The notes: generated from the letters alone by a model not told the origin. Counted from the first letter of the stretch, positions 13,101 to 26,012 are shown. The stretch is 64,000 nucleotides of DNA from Malacoraja senta (GCA_038087875.1 CM075997.1:8682001-8746000), one strand, 5' to 3'. Translations and numbers: made by a program.

Positions 13101-13794
13101 TTCTCTGCCTCCTGCCTCCCACATTTTCCACTAACTTTCTCTATTTGAGTCCCTCCCCCCAACAGTTCTAGTTTAAAGTCTCCCCAGTAGCCTTTGCAAA
13201 TCTCCCCGCCAGGATATTGGTCCCCCTCGGGTTCAAGTGCAACCCGTCCTTTCTGTACAGGTCACACCTTCCCCAAAAGAGGTCCCAATGATCCAGAAAT
13301 TTGAATCCCTGCCCGCTGCACCAGTTCCTCAGCCACGCATTTATCCTCCACCTCATTCTATTCCTACTCTCACTGTCGCGTGGCACAGGTAGTAATCCTG
13401 ACATTGTTACCTTTGCGGTCCTTCTCCTTAACTCTCCTCCCAACTCCCTAAATTCTCCTTTCAGGACCCCTTCTCTTTTTCTGCCTATGTCATTGATACC
13501 TATATGTACCACAACCTCAGGCTACTCTCCCTCCGATTTCAGGATATCTTGGACGCGTTCAGACACATCCCTGACCCTGGCACCAGGGAGGCAAACTACC
13601 ATCCGGGTCTCTTGACTGCGTCCACAGAATCGCCTATCCGACCCCCTAACCATAGAGTCCCCTATTACTATTGCCCTCCTCTTCTTTTCCCTACCCTTCT
13701 GAGCAACAGGGCCGGTCTCTGTGCCGTTGGCCCGGCCGCTGTCGCTACCCCCAGGAAGGCTGTCCCCCCCAACAGTACTCAAACGGTACCGCAA
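10146..13794 (-). mobile_element. Large CR1 LINE (family A): ORF1 SGNH/GDSL esterase plus ORF2 APE-RT, frameshifted
   Basis: ORF1 motifs IGDSMVRG, GINDI, DGLH. ORF2 motifs YFNARS, SETW, GDFN, SDHN, KSPGPD and RT fragments. (GGTTATAT)n-type tail at 10146-10176. Confidence 0.92.
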
Positions 13795-14924
13795 TGAAAC
13801 ATAGTTTGTAGCAGATAGAAACTGCTGAGATTAGTGTTGTGCGGTGTTCAAGACAATAGACAATAGGTGCAAGAGTAGGCCATTCGGCCCTTCGAGCCAG
13901 CACCGCCATTCAATGTGATCATGGCTGATCATCCCCAATCAGTACTCCGTTCCTGCCTTCTCCCCATTTCCCCTGACTCCGCTATTTTTAAGACCCCTAT
14001 CTAGCTCTCTCTTGAAAGCATCCTGAGAACCTGCCTCCACTGCCCTCTGAGGCAGAGAATTCCACAGACTCACCACTCTCTGTGAGAAAAAGTGTTTCCT
14101 CATCTCCGTTCTAAATGGCTTAATCCTTATTCTTAAACTGTGGACCCTGGTTCTGGACTCCCCCAACATCGGGAACATGTTTCCTGCCTCTAGCGTGTCT
14201 AAACCCTTCACAATCTTATATGTTTCAATGAGAATTCCCTCTCATCCTTCTAAACTCCAGAGTGTACAATCCCAGCTGCTCCATTCTCTCAGCATATGAC
14301 AGTCCTGCCATCCCGTGAATTAACCTTGTAAACCTACGCTGCACTCCCTCAATAGCAAGAATGTCCTTCCTCAAATTAGGGGACCAAAACTGCACACAAT
14401 ACTCCAGGTGTGGTCTCACTAGGGCTCTGTACAACTGCAGGACCTCTTTGCACCTATATTCGATTCCTCTTGTTATAAAGGCCAACATGCCATTCGCTTT
14501 CTTCACTGCCTGCTGTACCGGCATGCTTACTTTCATGGACTGATGAACAAGGACCCCCAGATCCCGTTGTACTTCCCCTTTTCCCAACTTGACGCCATTT
14601 AGATAGTAATCTGCCTTCCTGTTTCTGCTACCAAAGTGGATAACCTCACATTTATCCACATTAAACTTCATCTGCCATGCATCTGCCCACTCCCCAACCT
14701 GTCCAAGTCACCCTGCATTCTCATAGCATCCTCCTCACAGTTCAGACTGCCACCCAGCTTTGTGTCATCTGCAAATTTGTTAATGTTACTTTGAATCCCT
14801 TCATCTAAATCATGAATGTATATTGTCAATAGCTGTGGTCCCAGCACTGAGCCTTGCGGTAGCGCACTAGTCACTGCCTGCCATTCTGAAAGGGACCCGT
14901 TAATCCCTACTCTTTGTTTCCTGT

Positions 14925-15204
14925 GTGCTATGCCTGTTAGTCTGTGTGCAAGATGGCGGTCGGAGGGGAGAGTGGACGCTGGCGCGAATTGGTCGCCGCT
15001 GCTCTCTCCTCAAATTGTGTTTCTTATTTTCTTTTTGTGCTTTTGAAATTGAATTCTGTCCTTGATTTGTGTACTGTGGTGTTTTTATATTTAATTTAAT
15101 CCGACTATGTGTTTTGTATTTTTGTGATTCTATGCCTTGTAAGGTGTCCTTGGGTTTTAGAAAGGCGCCAGTAAATAAAATGATTATTATTATTATTATT
15201 ATTA
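14925..15204 (+). mobile_element. Short non-autonomous retroelement with L2-like 3' end and (ATT)n tail
   Basis: TGTAAGGTGTCCTTG...AAAGGCGCC..TAAATAAAATG followed by (ATT)n; TSD TTTCCTGT at 14917-14924 and 15205-15212. Confidence 0.7.
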
Positions 15205-15407
15205 TTTCCTGTCTGCCAACCACTTCTCTATCCATGTCAGCACTCTACCCCCAATACCATGTGCCCTAATTTTGCCTACTAATCTCCTATGTGGGACCTT
15301 ATCAAATGCTTTCTGAAAGTCCAGGTACACTACATCCACTGGCTCTCTCTTGTCCATTTTCCTAGTTAAATCTTCAAAAAATTCCAGAAGATTAATCAAG
15401 CATGATT

Positions 15408-15538
15408 GTTCAAGAAGGAACTGCAGATGCTGGAAAATCGAAGGTAGACAAAATTGCTGGAGGAAACTCAGCGGGTGCGGCAGGATCTATGGAGCGAAGT
15501 AAATAGGCAACGTTTCGGGCCGAAACCCTTCTTCAGAC
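15408..15538 (-). mobile_element. Solo 131-bp Penelope terminal-repeat insertion carrying a hammerhead core
   Basis: 12-bp TSD TCAAGCATGATT at 15396-15407 and 15539-15550; the minus strand starts GTCTGAAGAAGGGTTTCGGCCCGAAACGTT. Confidence 0.85.
15509..15536 (-). ncRNA. Minimal type I hammerhead ribozyme-like core
   Basis: CUGAAGA-A-GGGU(UUCG)GCCC-GAAA-CG-UU; stem I pairing is weak. Confidence 0.55.
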
Positions 15539-16257
15539 TCAAGCATGATTTCCCCTTCGTAAATCCATGTTGACTCGGATCGATCCTGTTACTGCTATCC
15601 AAATGTTTGGCTATTTCATCTTTTATAATTAACTCCAGCATCTTCCCCACCACCGATGTCAGGCTAACTGGTCGATAATTCAGTTTTCTCTCTCCCGCCT
15701 TTCTTGAAAAGTGGGATAACATTAGCTACTCTCCAATCCAATAGGTGCAGGAGTGGGCACTTCGAGCCATTCACTGTGATCACAGCTGATCATGCACAAT
15801 CAGTACCCTGTTCCTGCCTTTTCCCCATATCTCCTGACTCTACATCCGTGCTGTAATGGTTATATGGTTACTATTTTTAAGAGCTCTATCCATCTCCCTC
15901 TTGAAAGCATCCGGAAAATCAGCCTCCACTGCCTTCTGAGGCAGAGAATTCCACAGATTCACAACTCTCTGGGTGAAAAAGTGTTTCTTCATCTCCGTTC
16001 TAAATGGCCTTCACCGTTGGTAACTCATGTTTTATGTGTCATTCTTAATTGTTACTGTATGTCGTGATGTTACTTGCGAGCGGAGCACCAAGGCAAATTC
16101 CTTGCATGGGTACACACTTGGCCAATAAACTTGTTCATTCATTCATTTCACTGTACCTTCATTGGGTTAAGTGACAATTAAATTTAAACTTGAATCTTTA
16201 AATGGCCCACCCCTTATTCTTAAAGGGCCTGTTCGGCCGAAGAGCCTGTTTCCACAC

Positions 16258-16465
16258 TCGTCAAGTCAAGAGTTTATTGTTATGTGTCCCAAATAGGACA
16301 ATGAAATTCTTGCTTGCTGCAGCACAACAGAATATTGCAAGCATAAATACAGGACAGTTCAGTGTGTCTATATAGCATAGACCATATATACATAAATAAA
16401 CAAACAAAGTGCAATAGGCTGTTATAGTTCAGTTTGTTTGATGGCGAGTTTAATAGCCTGATGGC
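16258..16465 (-). mobile_element. Rex1/Babar-like LINE 3' end
   Basis: Minus strand ends AATAAACTCTTGACTTGAC; related to the + copy at 56950-57080. Confidence 0.5.
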
Positions 16466-17148
16466 TGTGCTCTATGACTAAGTTGGATCGATGTGCTCTA
16501 TGACTAAGCTGGATCGACGCGCTGGAGCTCCGGTGAGCTCGACCGCCGAGCTCAACACCTCCGGGCTGCGGGACTACAGAGCGGCCAGCCGCGCCGACCC
16601 TAACATCGGGAGCCTCGGAGCTCCAAATCGGCGTGGCCTTGTTGGCTTCAGGTGCCACGGACTCTGGTAGGAAATCTGCCGCTCCAGGTGGGCTAGCCGC
16701 TGCGAGGACTCTCCCGACGCCGGGGCAACAACACCCGGTGAGAACGGCCAGGAACATCAGGCCTCCGTAGAGGCAACTGTGGTGGCCTCAATAGGCCTGA
16801 CTTTGGGTGAACTGGGGTCGGGGACTGGACATTGTGCCTTCCCCCACAGTGGTAATCATTGTGGGGGGATGATTTTTGTGTGTAAATGATATTTTATTTT
16901 ATGTCCAAGATGGCTGCAGGAAGGGTGAATGGACGCGGCACGCTTTAGCAGCCGCTGCTCTCTCTTCCATATTTGTGTTTTTGATTTTTGTTTTGGGATT
17001 GAATTCTCTCATTAATTTGTGTACTCGTGATGTCTTTACTATTTATTTCATTCCGCTTACATGTTTCTACTATTTGTTAAACTTTGTAGTGTCCTTGAGA
17101 CTTTTGAAAGGCGCCCATAAATAAAATTAATTATTATTATTATTATAA
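16466..17148 (+). mobile_element. GC-rich non-coding retroelement with L2-like (ATT)n tail
   Basis: The 3' ~240 bp resembles 14949-15204 (CAAGATGGC...GCCGCTGCTCTCTC...GAAAGGCGCC..TAAATAAAAT then (ATT)n). Confidence 0.6.
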
Positions 17149-17186
17149 GTTACCCCAGCGTTTTTTTTTTTGTGTCTACCTTCAGT

Positions 17187-17214
17187 CTGAGGAAGGGTCT
17201 CGACCTGAAACGTC
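17187..17214 (+). ncRNA. Minimal hammerhead-like core in a Penelope repeat
   Basis: CUGAGGA-A-GGGUC(UC)GACCU-GAAA-CG-UC. Confidence 0.5.
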
Positions 17215-17299
17215 GCCCAATTCCTTCTCTCCAGAGATGTTGCCAGTCTGTCCTGCTGAGTTACTCCGGCATTTTGTGTCCAACTTTAAATTAAAAAAC

Positions 17300-17825
17300 A
17301 ATACCGCCATCTTGCAAGTTCTTCCTGAAGCAACTCCCTCGGCTTGGCGGTGACGTCAAGGCGCCGGGCGGGCTGGCGAGGCGGACGTCACGGCGCAGGG
17401 CGGGGAGAGGAGGCTCCGGTGACGTCACGGCGCAGGGCGGTTGGGCTGACGGTTGCCAGACGGCTTGCTCGACGCCAAAGATACTATAGCTCCGCTATAT
17501 AATCTATGCTCGACACGGTTCATCGATGCTCGGCGGCCCCAGGTCGGTGCGGCATCCACCCCACCCCCCACTCTCCTCACCCCCCCCCTCACCTCACCCC
17601 CATCCCCATCCCACTCACCCCCTCACCTCACCCCCTCACCCCACCCCTCACTCACCCCACCCCACTCTCCTCACCCCACTCTCCTCACCCCACTCTCCTC
17701 ACCCCACTCTCCTCACCCCCACCCCCTCCCCCATAGCCGCTCTGTGCCGTGACGTCATCCGCACGCACGGCGCACTGATGTCACCGCCCCTGCCATTGCG
17801 CAGAGTCACGTGGGGGGCGGCATGT
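17300..17825. promoter_or_regulatory. CpG-island promoter-like region with clustered CRE sites
   Basis: Perfect TGACGTCA at 17351, 17420 and 17750; GGACGTCA at 17383; YY1-type CCGCCATCTT at 17304; GGGCGG boxes; GTCACGTG at 17805; TATATAA near 17496; C-rich minisatellite at 17560-17730. Confidence 0.6.
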
Positions 17826-18764
17826 ATCATGGGAAGAAGGTCACAGAGTGTTGGAATCACTCAGCGGGTCGGGCAAAGTCTGGAGAACACGGATAGGGGA
17901 CGTTTTTTGGGTCACGACCCTTCTGCAGTCCTGAAACGTCGCCTATCCATGTTGACCAGAGATGCTGCCTGACCTGCAATGTTTCTCCAGCACTCTGTGT
18001 CTTTTTGTGTATGAACCGGCATCTGAACTATAGGGAGAGGTTGTGTAGGCTTGGATTCTATTCCTTGGAGTACAGGAGGATGAGGGGTGATGAGTAAAAT
18101 CATGAGAGGAATAGATCAGGTAGATGCACAGTCTCTTGCCCACTCCACCTATTATTGTGGATAATTGGCCTAAATGTCGTGGGAGAGATGCCTGCTGTGT
18201 TTTTAAAAACGGGTAATTTTTGTGATCGAAATTCAATTGCAGAGAAATAGCTCCTTGAAAGTGGTGTCACAGGTAGACAGGGCGGTCAAGAAGACTTTCG
18301 GTACATTGGCCTTCATCATTCAGAGCATTGTGTTCAGTTTTGGTCACCATATTATAGGAAAAATGTTGCCTAGCTGGAAACAGCGGGCAAGGTGGGCCGA
18401 AGGGCCTCTTTCCATGCTTTATGACTAAGAAAAAACGTTGAATAAAATGAAGAAATTTGATGTTATTTGCATCATGGTCAACACGGAAGGGCCCGTTTCT
18501 AGGCTGGACTTCTCTATGCTCTTCTATTCCCTAACAAAGGCTATATTCTACAACAATATGCTATATTCTGTTCTATAATAACTATGATATTTATATTCTT
18601 ATGCATCAATGTATATGTCATAAGGTCATAAGTGATAAGAATAGAATTAGGCAATTCGGCCTATTATGTTTACTCTGCCATTCATTCATGGATGATCTAT
18701 CTCCCCCTCCTAACCCCATTATCCTGCCTTCTCCCCATAACCCCTGACACCCGTACTAATCAAG

Positions 18765-18964
18765 NNNNNNNNNNNNNNNNNNNNNNNNNNNNNNNNNNNN
18801 NNNNNNNNNNNNNNNNNNNNNNNNNNNNNNNNNNNNNNNNNNNNNNNNNNNNNNNNNNNNNNNNNNNNNNNNNNNNNNNNNNNNNNNNNNNNNNNNNNNN
18901 NNNNNNNNNNNNNNNNNNNNNNNNNNNNNNNNNNNNNNNNNNNNNNNNNNNNNNNNNNNNNNNN
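18765..18964. other. Assembly gap (200 N)
   Basis: Run of N. Confidence 1.
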
Positions 18965-21877
18965 TGTCGGCCACGAACATGTCCTTGCCCTTACGATAAA
19001 CCACGTTGAAAGTGAAGCGCTGGAGCTGCAGCATCATGCGCTGCAGACGGATGAGGCAACATGGATCGATTTGTTGAGAATGGTGACAAGCGGCTGGTGG
19101 TCAGTTTCAATGGTGAAAGTGTTGCCCAGGATGTAGTCCTTGAATTTGGAGCAGGCAAACACCACGGCCAGTAGCTCCTTCTCGATCTGCGCGTAGTGCT
19201 GTTCGGTAGCGGTCATGGTGCGGGATGCGAAGGAGACAGGCAGCTGTAGGCCGTCATGGACCTGGAGACAGGCGGCACCGAGTCCGAACTGAGAGGCGTC
19301 GCAGGTGAGGACAATGGGACGCTGCAGGTCAAAAAACTTGAGTGTGGGGGTACTGATTAGCTTGGATTTAAGGATGTCGAAGGCTTTCTGGTGGTGGGGG
19401 AACCAAACCCAGGACGTGTCCTTTTTTATCAATTCCCTCAGGGGAGCGCTGAGCTCGCTGAGGTCGGGGATGAACTTCCCCAGGTAGTTTACCATGCCCA
19501 GGAAGCGTTGTAGGCCTGCCACATCAGTAGGAGAAGACATCCCGGAAATGGCAGCCGTTTTTTGCGGGTCGGGTTTCAGCCCCTTGGCGGTGAATACATG
19601 TCCAACATAGGTGACCTCCGGGACGCGAAATCGGCACTTCTTGGGGTTCAGTTTCAAGTTGATTTTCCGGGCCCGGTCTAGACCTGGCGGAGGTTGAAGT
19701 CGTGTTCGGCGACATCCTTACCGTAAACGAGGATGTCGTCAACGATGATGGCGCACGGTAGATCGGTAAACAGCTGTTCCATTGTCCGTTGGAATACCTC
19801 GCTGGCAGAGTTGATTCCGAATGGCATTCGGAGAAACCGAAATCTGCCGAATGGGGTGGCGAAAGTAGTCAAGATGGAGGACTGCTCGTCAAGTGGTATC
19901 TGCCAGAAGGAGCTTTTGGCATCGAGGACAGAAAAGACTGTTGCCGGACCAACCCGTGCAGCGACTTCCTCTACCGTTCTCATAGGGTAGTGTGGGCGTT
20001 TAATGGCCAGGTTGAGGTCTTTGGGGTTGATGCAAATGCGTATCTCGCTTTTGTCCTTTTTCGCGGCAACAACCGTGGTGGAGACCCACCTGGTGGGCTC
20101 GATGACCGCCTTTAGGATGCCCATTTTTACCATGCTGTGTAGCGTCGACTCCACTCTGTCCTTCATGGCGAAGGAGACACGGTGAGGTGAATTGACCACT
20201 GGTTCAATCTTGCGGTCTACTGCAATCTTGTAGTTGCAGGGCAGTTTGCCCAGCTCATCATCAAAGCGGTCGGGGTATTCAGCCAACGGGTCCATGAGGG
20301 CCTGCACCTGGTGAATGTCACGGTGGAAGGATACCAGGCCCATTTCCTGGCATGCTTGGATACCCAACAGGGTAATGCATTTTCGATCGAGGAGATAGAA
20401 AGTGAGGGGCCGAGAGGACTCCAGTATCTTGCAGCTTAGAGTAGCCTTTCCCACAGGAGTAAGCACCCCTCCCCCGTAGGCATGTAAAGTTGAGCTGTCA
20501 GAAAAAACCTTCTCATTAGTTCTTATCTTGTTGAAGAGGGTTGTTGACATAACGTTCGCAACCGCCCCGGTATCAATCTTAGCAGTGAAGGTCGAGTTGT
20601 TCACAGTTACTCGAACTGAAGGGTCTGTTATCATAGCAGGTGCGTCCAACACAGTAAACAGGCTGGTCTCCCCCTGAGAGGAGTCGGATTCAGATACAGA
20701 CTGTTCGTCGAAATAGCACGGGGAGCTGAGCTCGCTATCAGCTTGTACCAAGTTGTTTAGAATGCCCCTCGGAGCAGCGAAAGGCTTCCCATGGGAACGA
20801 CAGGCCGCAGCGAAGTGGTTCAATTTCTTGCAGACATTACACGTTTTACCCAAGGCAGGGCATACATTGTATTGATGAGTGGGGAAGTTACAATTAGGGC
20901 ACCTTTGCCGGGCACGTCCCCCGGGAGCAGTTCCGAACCCCGGGGCACGTCCCCCTGGAGCAGTGAGCGACCCCGGGGGTCGCGACCGGGGCGTGTTCAT
21001 CAGACGGCTGGAAATGCTGGCAAGGTTAATATCATGGTCAGCCGGTGACACCGCCGAGGTGACAGCCTCAGCCAAGCGAGTGGCGTGCATTGCATCGTTA
21101 AAAGTCAGATCGGGCCTCCGCAAAAGTTCGGCCCTGAGCTTATTCGTCGCGGAGACCGTAAACCAGAAGGTCCCTAATAATCTCCTCGGGGGACAGCGTG
21201 TTAAGGCGGCACCGCTTGGCCAGGTGCCGCAGCGCAGCGACATAGTTCTCTGCAGATTCCCCAGGGAGCTGACGCCGCGCGAACATTTTAAAACGTTCTA
21301 AGATGCAGTTTGTTGGAATGTCACAAACAGCAGTAAACTTAGCCAACAGACATACCGGGTCCCGAGCAGATTCTCCCGCAGCGTAGACGAAGAAGTCTGA
21401 CCGAGCCAGGGCCTCGGGACCAGCCAAGTTGAGAAGCAGAGAGGCTGTGAGCTCTGGGGTGGCGGCAGGATGAGCGATCGTGACATAGTGGTCAAAGTCA
21501 CGTCTGAAGACATCCCATCGATGGGCAATGTCAGAATCGAAAACGAGCACCTCGGGCTTGCGGGCAGAAGTGGCCATGACGAGGAAATGAGAGGGTTGGG
21601 GAAACAGAAAACTGGGACAAAATTAAATGATAAACCGATAGACAGGAGGCGCAAGGTAAGAGGTATGACACCATGTAAAGATGCTCTAACGACACATCGT
21701 TATTTTACTATCTTTATTCATACTGGAGCATTACATAATGCACTAGCTGTACGTGGTCTGTCACAGGAACTAGAGAGCGATCTGTGGGTTGGGAGGTTGT
21801 AGGTATACTTGTGATATGGGGAGTGGTTAGTAGTAATGAGGTCACTATATTAAAGGCACATGCATATATCATCTACA
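18965..21877 (-). mobile_element. Gypsy/Ty3 LTR retrotransposon (5' LTR, PBS, gag, PR, RT, RNase H), truncated by the gap
   Basis: gag starts at 21577 (MATSARKPE); tandem Cys/His knuckles CPNC..H..C and CNVCKKLNHFAAAC; protease KIDTGA; RT LRMPFG and IVDD; RNase H CDAS..GLGA and QIEKELLAV; frameshifts near 21160 and 19680. Confidence 0.93.
21674..21877 (-). repeat. 5' LTR of the Gypsy element (204 bp)
   Basis: TGTA...TACA termini; on the minus strand it is followed directly by PBS TGGTGTCA (21666-21673); AATAAA inside. Confidence 0.8.
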
Positions 21878-22652
21878 ATACCCTAATGGGAGTTATCTGC
21901 AGGCCCCTAAACAGTAGCCTGGATATAGGGTGCAAGTTAAATCAAGAATTAAAATTGGCATGTCGCAAAGGTAATGCTTTGGGAGATTTCAACATGCAGG
22001 TAGACTGGGTAAATCAGGTTGGTACTGGACCCCAAGAAAGGAGTTTGTGGAGTGCCTCTGAGATAGATTCACCGAGCAGCTTGTACTGGAGCCTACCACG
22101 GAGCAGGCAATTTTGGATTTAGCATTGTGTAATGAACCGGATTTGATAAGGAAACTCAAGGTAAAGGAATCATTAGGAGGTAATGACCATAATATGGTCA
22201 AGTTTAATCTACAATTGGAGAGGGAGAAGGTAAATCGGGAGTGTCAGTGTTACTGTTGAATAAAGGGGACTATGAAGCCATGAGGAAGGAGCTGGCCAAA
22301 GTTGACTGGAAAGATACCTTAGCCGGGATGACAGTGGAATAACAATGGCAGGTATTTGTGGGAATAATACAATGGTGCAGGATCAGTTCATTCCAAAGAG
22401 GAAGAAAGATTCCAAGGGGAGTAAGGGACGACCGTGGCTGAAAAGGGACGTCAGTATAAAAATAAAAGAGAAGAAGTACAACGCAGCAAAGATGAGCGGC
22501 AAGCAAGAGGATTGGGTAATGTTTAAAGAGCAACAGAAGATAACTAAAAAGGCAATGGGGGAGAAAAGATGAGGTACGAAGGTAAGCTAGCCAAGAATAT
22601 AAAGGAGGATAGTAAAAGCTTCTTTAGGTATGTGAAGAAGTAAGAATTAGTT

Positions 22653-23523
22653 AACATAGAAACATAGAAAATAGGCCATACAGCCCTTAGAGCCAGCACC
22701 TGATCATGGCTGATCTACCCTATCAATAACCCGTGCCTGCCTTCTCCCCATATCCCTTAACTCCACTAGCCCCGAGAGCTCTATCTAACTCTCTCTTGAA
22801 TCCATCCAGTGACTTGGCCTCCACTGCCCTCTGTGGCAGGGAATTCCATAAATTCACAACTCTCTGGGTGAAAAAGTTTTTTCTCACCCACTCAGTCTTA
22901 AATGACCTCCCCTTTATTCTAAGACTGGCCCCTGGTTCTGGACTCGCCCAACATTGGGCACATTTCTCCTGCATCTAGCTTGTCCAGTCCTTTTATAATT
23001 TTATATGTTTCTATAAGAACCCCCTCATCCTTCTAAACTCAGTGAATACAAACCTAGTCTTTTCAATCTTTCCTCATATGACAGTGCCGCCATCCCAGGG
23101 ATCAATCTCGTGAACCTACGCTGCACTGCCTCAATCACAAGGATGTCCTTCCTCAAATTAGGAGACCAAAATTGTACACAATACTCCAAATGTGGTCTCA
23201 CCAGAGCCCTATACAACTGCAGAAGAACCTCTTTACTCCTATACTGAAATCTTGTTATGAAGGCCAACATTCCATTAGCTTTCTTCACTGCCTGCTGTAC
23301 CTGTAAGCCGACTTTCAGTGACCGGTGTACAAGGACGCCCAAGTCTCGCTGCACCTAACCTAACCCCATTGAGATAATAATCTGTCCCCTTGTTTTGCCG
23401 CCATTTATCACATTTATCTATATTAAACTGCATCTGCCACGCATCTGCCGACTCACTCAACCTGTCCAGGTCACCCTGCAGCCTCCTAACATCCTCTTCA
23501 CAGTTCACACTGCCACCCAGCTG
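22653..23523 (-). mobile_element. CR1 3' fragment inserted in the opposite orientation
   Basis: (CATAGAAA) tail on the + strand; [13 protein letters not shown] and KNFFTQRVVNLWNSLP on the minus strand. Confidence 0.85.
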
Positions 23524-26012
23524 TGTAAGACCAAAGTTGGACCGTTGAAGACTGAAAAGGGTGAATTTATTATGGGGAACAAGGAAATGGCAGATGAGTT
23601 GAACGTACTTTGGATCCGTCTTCACTAAGGAAGACACAAACAATCTTCCTGATGTACTAGTGGCCAGAGGATCTGGGGTGACAGAGGAACTGAAGGAAAT
23701 CCACATTAGGCAGGAAATTGTGTTACAATACAATACAATTTAAGAAAGGAGGGAGACAGGAAACGGAATTATAGACCAGTTAGCCTGACATCGGTGGTGG
23801 GGAAGATGCTGGAGTCAATTATATAAGATGAAATAGCGGCACATTTGGATAGCAGTAACAGGATCGGTCCGAGTCAGCATGGATTTACGAAGGAGAAATC
23901 ATGCTTGACTAATCTTCTGGAATTCTTTGAGGATGTAACTAGGAAAATGTACAAGGGAGACCCAGTGGATGTAGTGCACCTGGACTTTCAGAAAACATTT
24001 GTTAAGGTCCCACATAGAAGATTAATGGGCAAAATTAGGGCACATTGTATTGGGGGTAGAGTGCTGACATGGATAGAAAATTGGTTGGCAGACAGGAAAC
24101 AAAGAGTAGTGATTAACGGGTCCCTTTCAGAATGGCAAGCACTGACTAGTGGGCTACCGCAAGGCTCAGTGCTGGGACCGCAGCTATTTTACTTCGGAGT
24201 CACGTGAGTGACTACGTGAAGAACCCCGCCAGTGCGCCTGCGCGTCAGCATGAAATGGATGAGACTGCAAGAGTATCTGGAATCAGTTGCAGAGAATATT
24301 AAAGCTGCTGGGTTCTGGAATAACTGCTTTTACCAGAATAGCAGGTAACAACCAAAAGATGACGAAGTTGCATCAGCAAGCACTGGGGTTGCTATGCAGC
24401 ACCCACTTCGAGAAGTGCTATACGGTCTACTATGAATCCGAAATTCGCAGCACTCTGCAAACCAAGTAATATACAAATTACCCAACTTACTCTTTGGAGA
24501 GATCTCGGGAGACGTATTAAAGAGTTGGAAGATGAAGCGAAAACAGGATTGATGAAGACATCAATGGTTGTGAAGTCTGTAAAGAGGAAGTATCCTTTCA
24601 GACGTCATACGGATCCTGGACCAAGTCGCTCATCAACGCAGGGACGTAGTTGGCGGCCTGCAGCGGGAGCAAGAACCAGTGGGTGTGCTTCCGGGAGAAC
24701 CCAGGAATCTCAGGGTACTCAAATGACTCAAGAGGTAGGTGGACCTGGTTCTCATGGGAACATACTAACTGGATTAAGTCCAAAAGTTGGAGGCAGGTTA
24801 CATTTCTTCTATAATAATTGGAAGAAAATTACTTCAGATGTGGTAATCCTGAATAATATACAAGGATTTCGAATTGAATTCAATACAAATTATGATTTGC
24901 CTGTTCAGCATGTTCCTAGCCGAACTCTGCACTTTGTACAAAAAGAAGTGATGGAGGTTCAGGTTGCAATTGAAACCCTATATAAAAAAGGGGTTATTGA
25001 AAAATCAGTCTACCAAAGTCACCAATTTGTGTCAAATATATTCCCTCGATCAAAAAAGGATGGAGGATGTAGGATTCTTGTAGATTTGATAAATCTGAAT
25101 CCTTTTGTGCAATTTAGACATTTTAAAATGGAAACATTTGTGACTGCCAAACAGCTTATTTCAGAAGCATGTTATATGGCAACTATAGACTTGAAAGATG
25201 CATATTATTCAGTGTCTGTTCATTCAGAAGATAGGAAGTATCTTAAATTTAAATGGATGAACCAGTTGTGGCAGTTCAAAGCGCTGCCTAATGGATTAAT
25301 ATCTGCACCCAGAATATTCACAAAATTGTTAAAACCAATTCTGGGCTTGCTGAGTAGCCAGGGGCATGTACTAATGGCATATTTGGATGATGTCTTGATT
25401 ATAGGAAAGACAAAACAGTCAACAGAAGTATCTGTTGCAGTTGTGAAATCAACTTTTGAAAATTTGGGGTTTCTAATTCATCCACAGAAATCTAGGTTAA
25501 CACCATGTACCTCTATTAATTATTTGGGGTTCACAATTGATTCAGTCCAAATGAATATTACTTTGCCCAGGGAAAAAGGTGGATTTGATTAAAGATTGCA
25601 GTAATCTCCTAAACGAGCAAAAACCTTCAATTAGACAGGTGGCTCGTGTACTGGGAAAATTAGTAGCAGCATTCCCAGCAGTCCAATTCGGACCATTACA
25701 TTATCAACAGCTGCAGAGACTTAAAGAACAGGCACCGAGAATGCATGTTGGTCATTTTGATAGAACCATGCAACTAACAACAAATGCTGTTTCTGATCTG
25801 CAGTGGTGGATTCTACATGTCTCAAGCAGTTCCAGCAAAGTGCTGATTGAACAACCTTCCATGATATTACAAACTGATGCCAGTGCACCAGGATGGGGTG
25901 CAACTGACTTAACATCTAGCTGAGGAGGCAGATGGAATCAGGAAGAGTCATTGTTACTGCAGACATGGGGAATTAACTATTTGGAGCTTCTAGGATGTTT
26001 CTATGGGCTCCA

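Larger units (their letters stand above)
13851..15740 (-). mobile_element. CR1 LINE (family B) RT half with two nested insertions
   Basis: [36 protein letters not shown]; (CTATTGT)n tail at 13851-13865. Confidence 0.9.

Noticed and set aside
13168..13794. Host lipase/esterase gene
   Set aside because: It is the SGNH esterase of CR1 ORF1, directly upstream of APE-RT.
17560..17730. Pro/His-rich protein
   Set aside because: Translation of a C-rich minisatellite (CCCCACTCTCCTCA units).
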